Below are positions 63,302 through 64,000 of a stretch of DNA of 64,000 bases, piece by piece. The notes under the pieces were generated by a model. It saw only the letters and a list, made by a program, of their open reading frames with translations, was not told the DNA's origin and did not search any database. The position numbers and the translations under genes were made by a program. Every line of letters starts with the position of its first letter. The first letter of the stretch is position 1. This DNA is from Acidobacteriota bacterium (GTDB lineage: Bacteria > Acidobacteriota > UBA6911 > RPQK01 > JADFOI01): contig OY760074.1 in the NCBI GenBank assembly GCA_963663035.1, positions 2,816,001 through 2,880,000 of the forward strand. Direction: 5' to 3'.

Positions 63302-64000
63302 TTGTCCGCCGTGCCAGGTCCTGATCGAGGTCGTCGTGCATTCCTGAGCTTCCTCGCAAGCAGTCCTCTCTTCGCGAGTGCGGGATCGCTCGGTGCCGTC
63401 TTTCAAGACGACTTCGTCATATCTAGGCCGGAAGAGGCCATCAATGTGTTGGAGTTCGAAGCGGCTGCCCGGAAGACCTTACCCCTGCGCATTGGGGCTA
63501 CCTGAGTGGACTTCAAATGGTCCCGGGTCTAACTTAGAGGGTGGACTCGTTCGTGGGGGCAGGCCACCGGCGTGGACGATGAGGCAACGCTGAAAGCAGA
63601 CCGAGAGGGTTTCTCGCACTACCAGTTGCGTCCGCGGCGCCTGGTGGACGTCAGCACGATCGACATGAGTGTCGATCTCTTTGGGACGCAGTGGGAGACA
63701 CCGATCGTACTGGCGCCATGTGGAACCATCTTTCATCCCGAAGGGGCATACGCTGTCGCGCGGGCCGCGCAGAAGCGCCAGACCCTGCAGATTCTCGCGA
63801 GCGGCCAGGAAGCGGAACGCCCGATCGAGCGAGTGATGAACGTGCGAGGCGGTCCCGTCTGGTATCAACTCTACGCCTCGCAGGACCTCGGAGACACGTT
63901 GCAGACGGTCAAGCGCGTGGAGAGTGCGGGCGCTCCGGTTCTGGTGTGGACCGTCGACATGCTCGCGGGCAGGAATCCTGAGACCACGCAGCGACTTCGA
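63302..64000 (+). pseudogene. FMN-dependent alpha-hydroxy-acid oxidase, disrupted (3' partial)
   Basis: Tat-like RRAFL, NVLEFEAAARK, QLRPRRLVDVS, PVWYQLY; 1-bp loss near 63485 and a 58-bp IS3 fragment at 63505-63562. Confidence 0.85.

Overview
Bacterial chromosomal window; the protein types suggest Acidobacteriota, possibly a marine or host-associated lineage (inference). Positions ~1-29 kb are a decaying accessory zone. It holds a Calx-beta/beta-barrel adhesin, a BrnTA toxin-antitoxin pair, an outer-membrane beta-barrel, a PLP decarboxylase and a msrPQ/YHS/FGE/ECF redox cluster. It also has IS6, IS5 (IS903-group), IS481, IS1182, IS3 and IS1380 elements, a MITE, orphan IS ends and several pseudogenes. 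Positions ~29-61.7 kb look like core genome (tRNA-Asp, two ABC systems, pdxH, thiolase, pckA, thiI, CCA enzyme, tRNA-fMet) with one further MITE. An intact IS481 and a broken FMN oxidase gene follow. The main non-genic signal is three 28-bp dif/Xer-like sites (11-6-11 bp; 3694, 5961, 14986) sharing the spacer AGGACG. Two of them are self-symmetric with different arms, their orientation alternates, and they bracket the TA module and the island border. A second oddity is an IS481 copy with 11 small deletions but no point substitutions relative to the intact copy. All calls were made by eye; no database searches were run.
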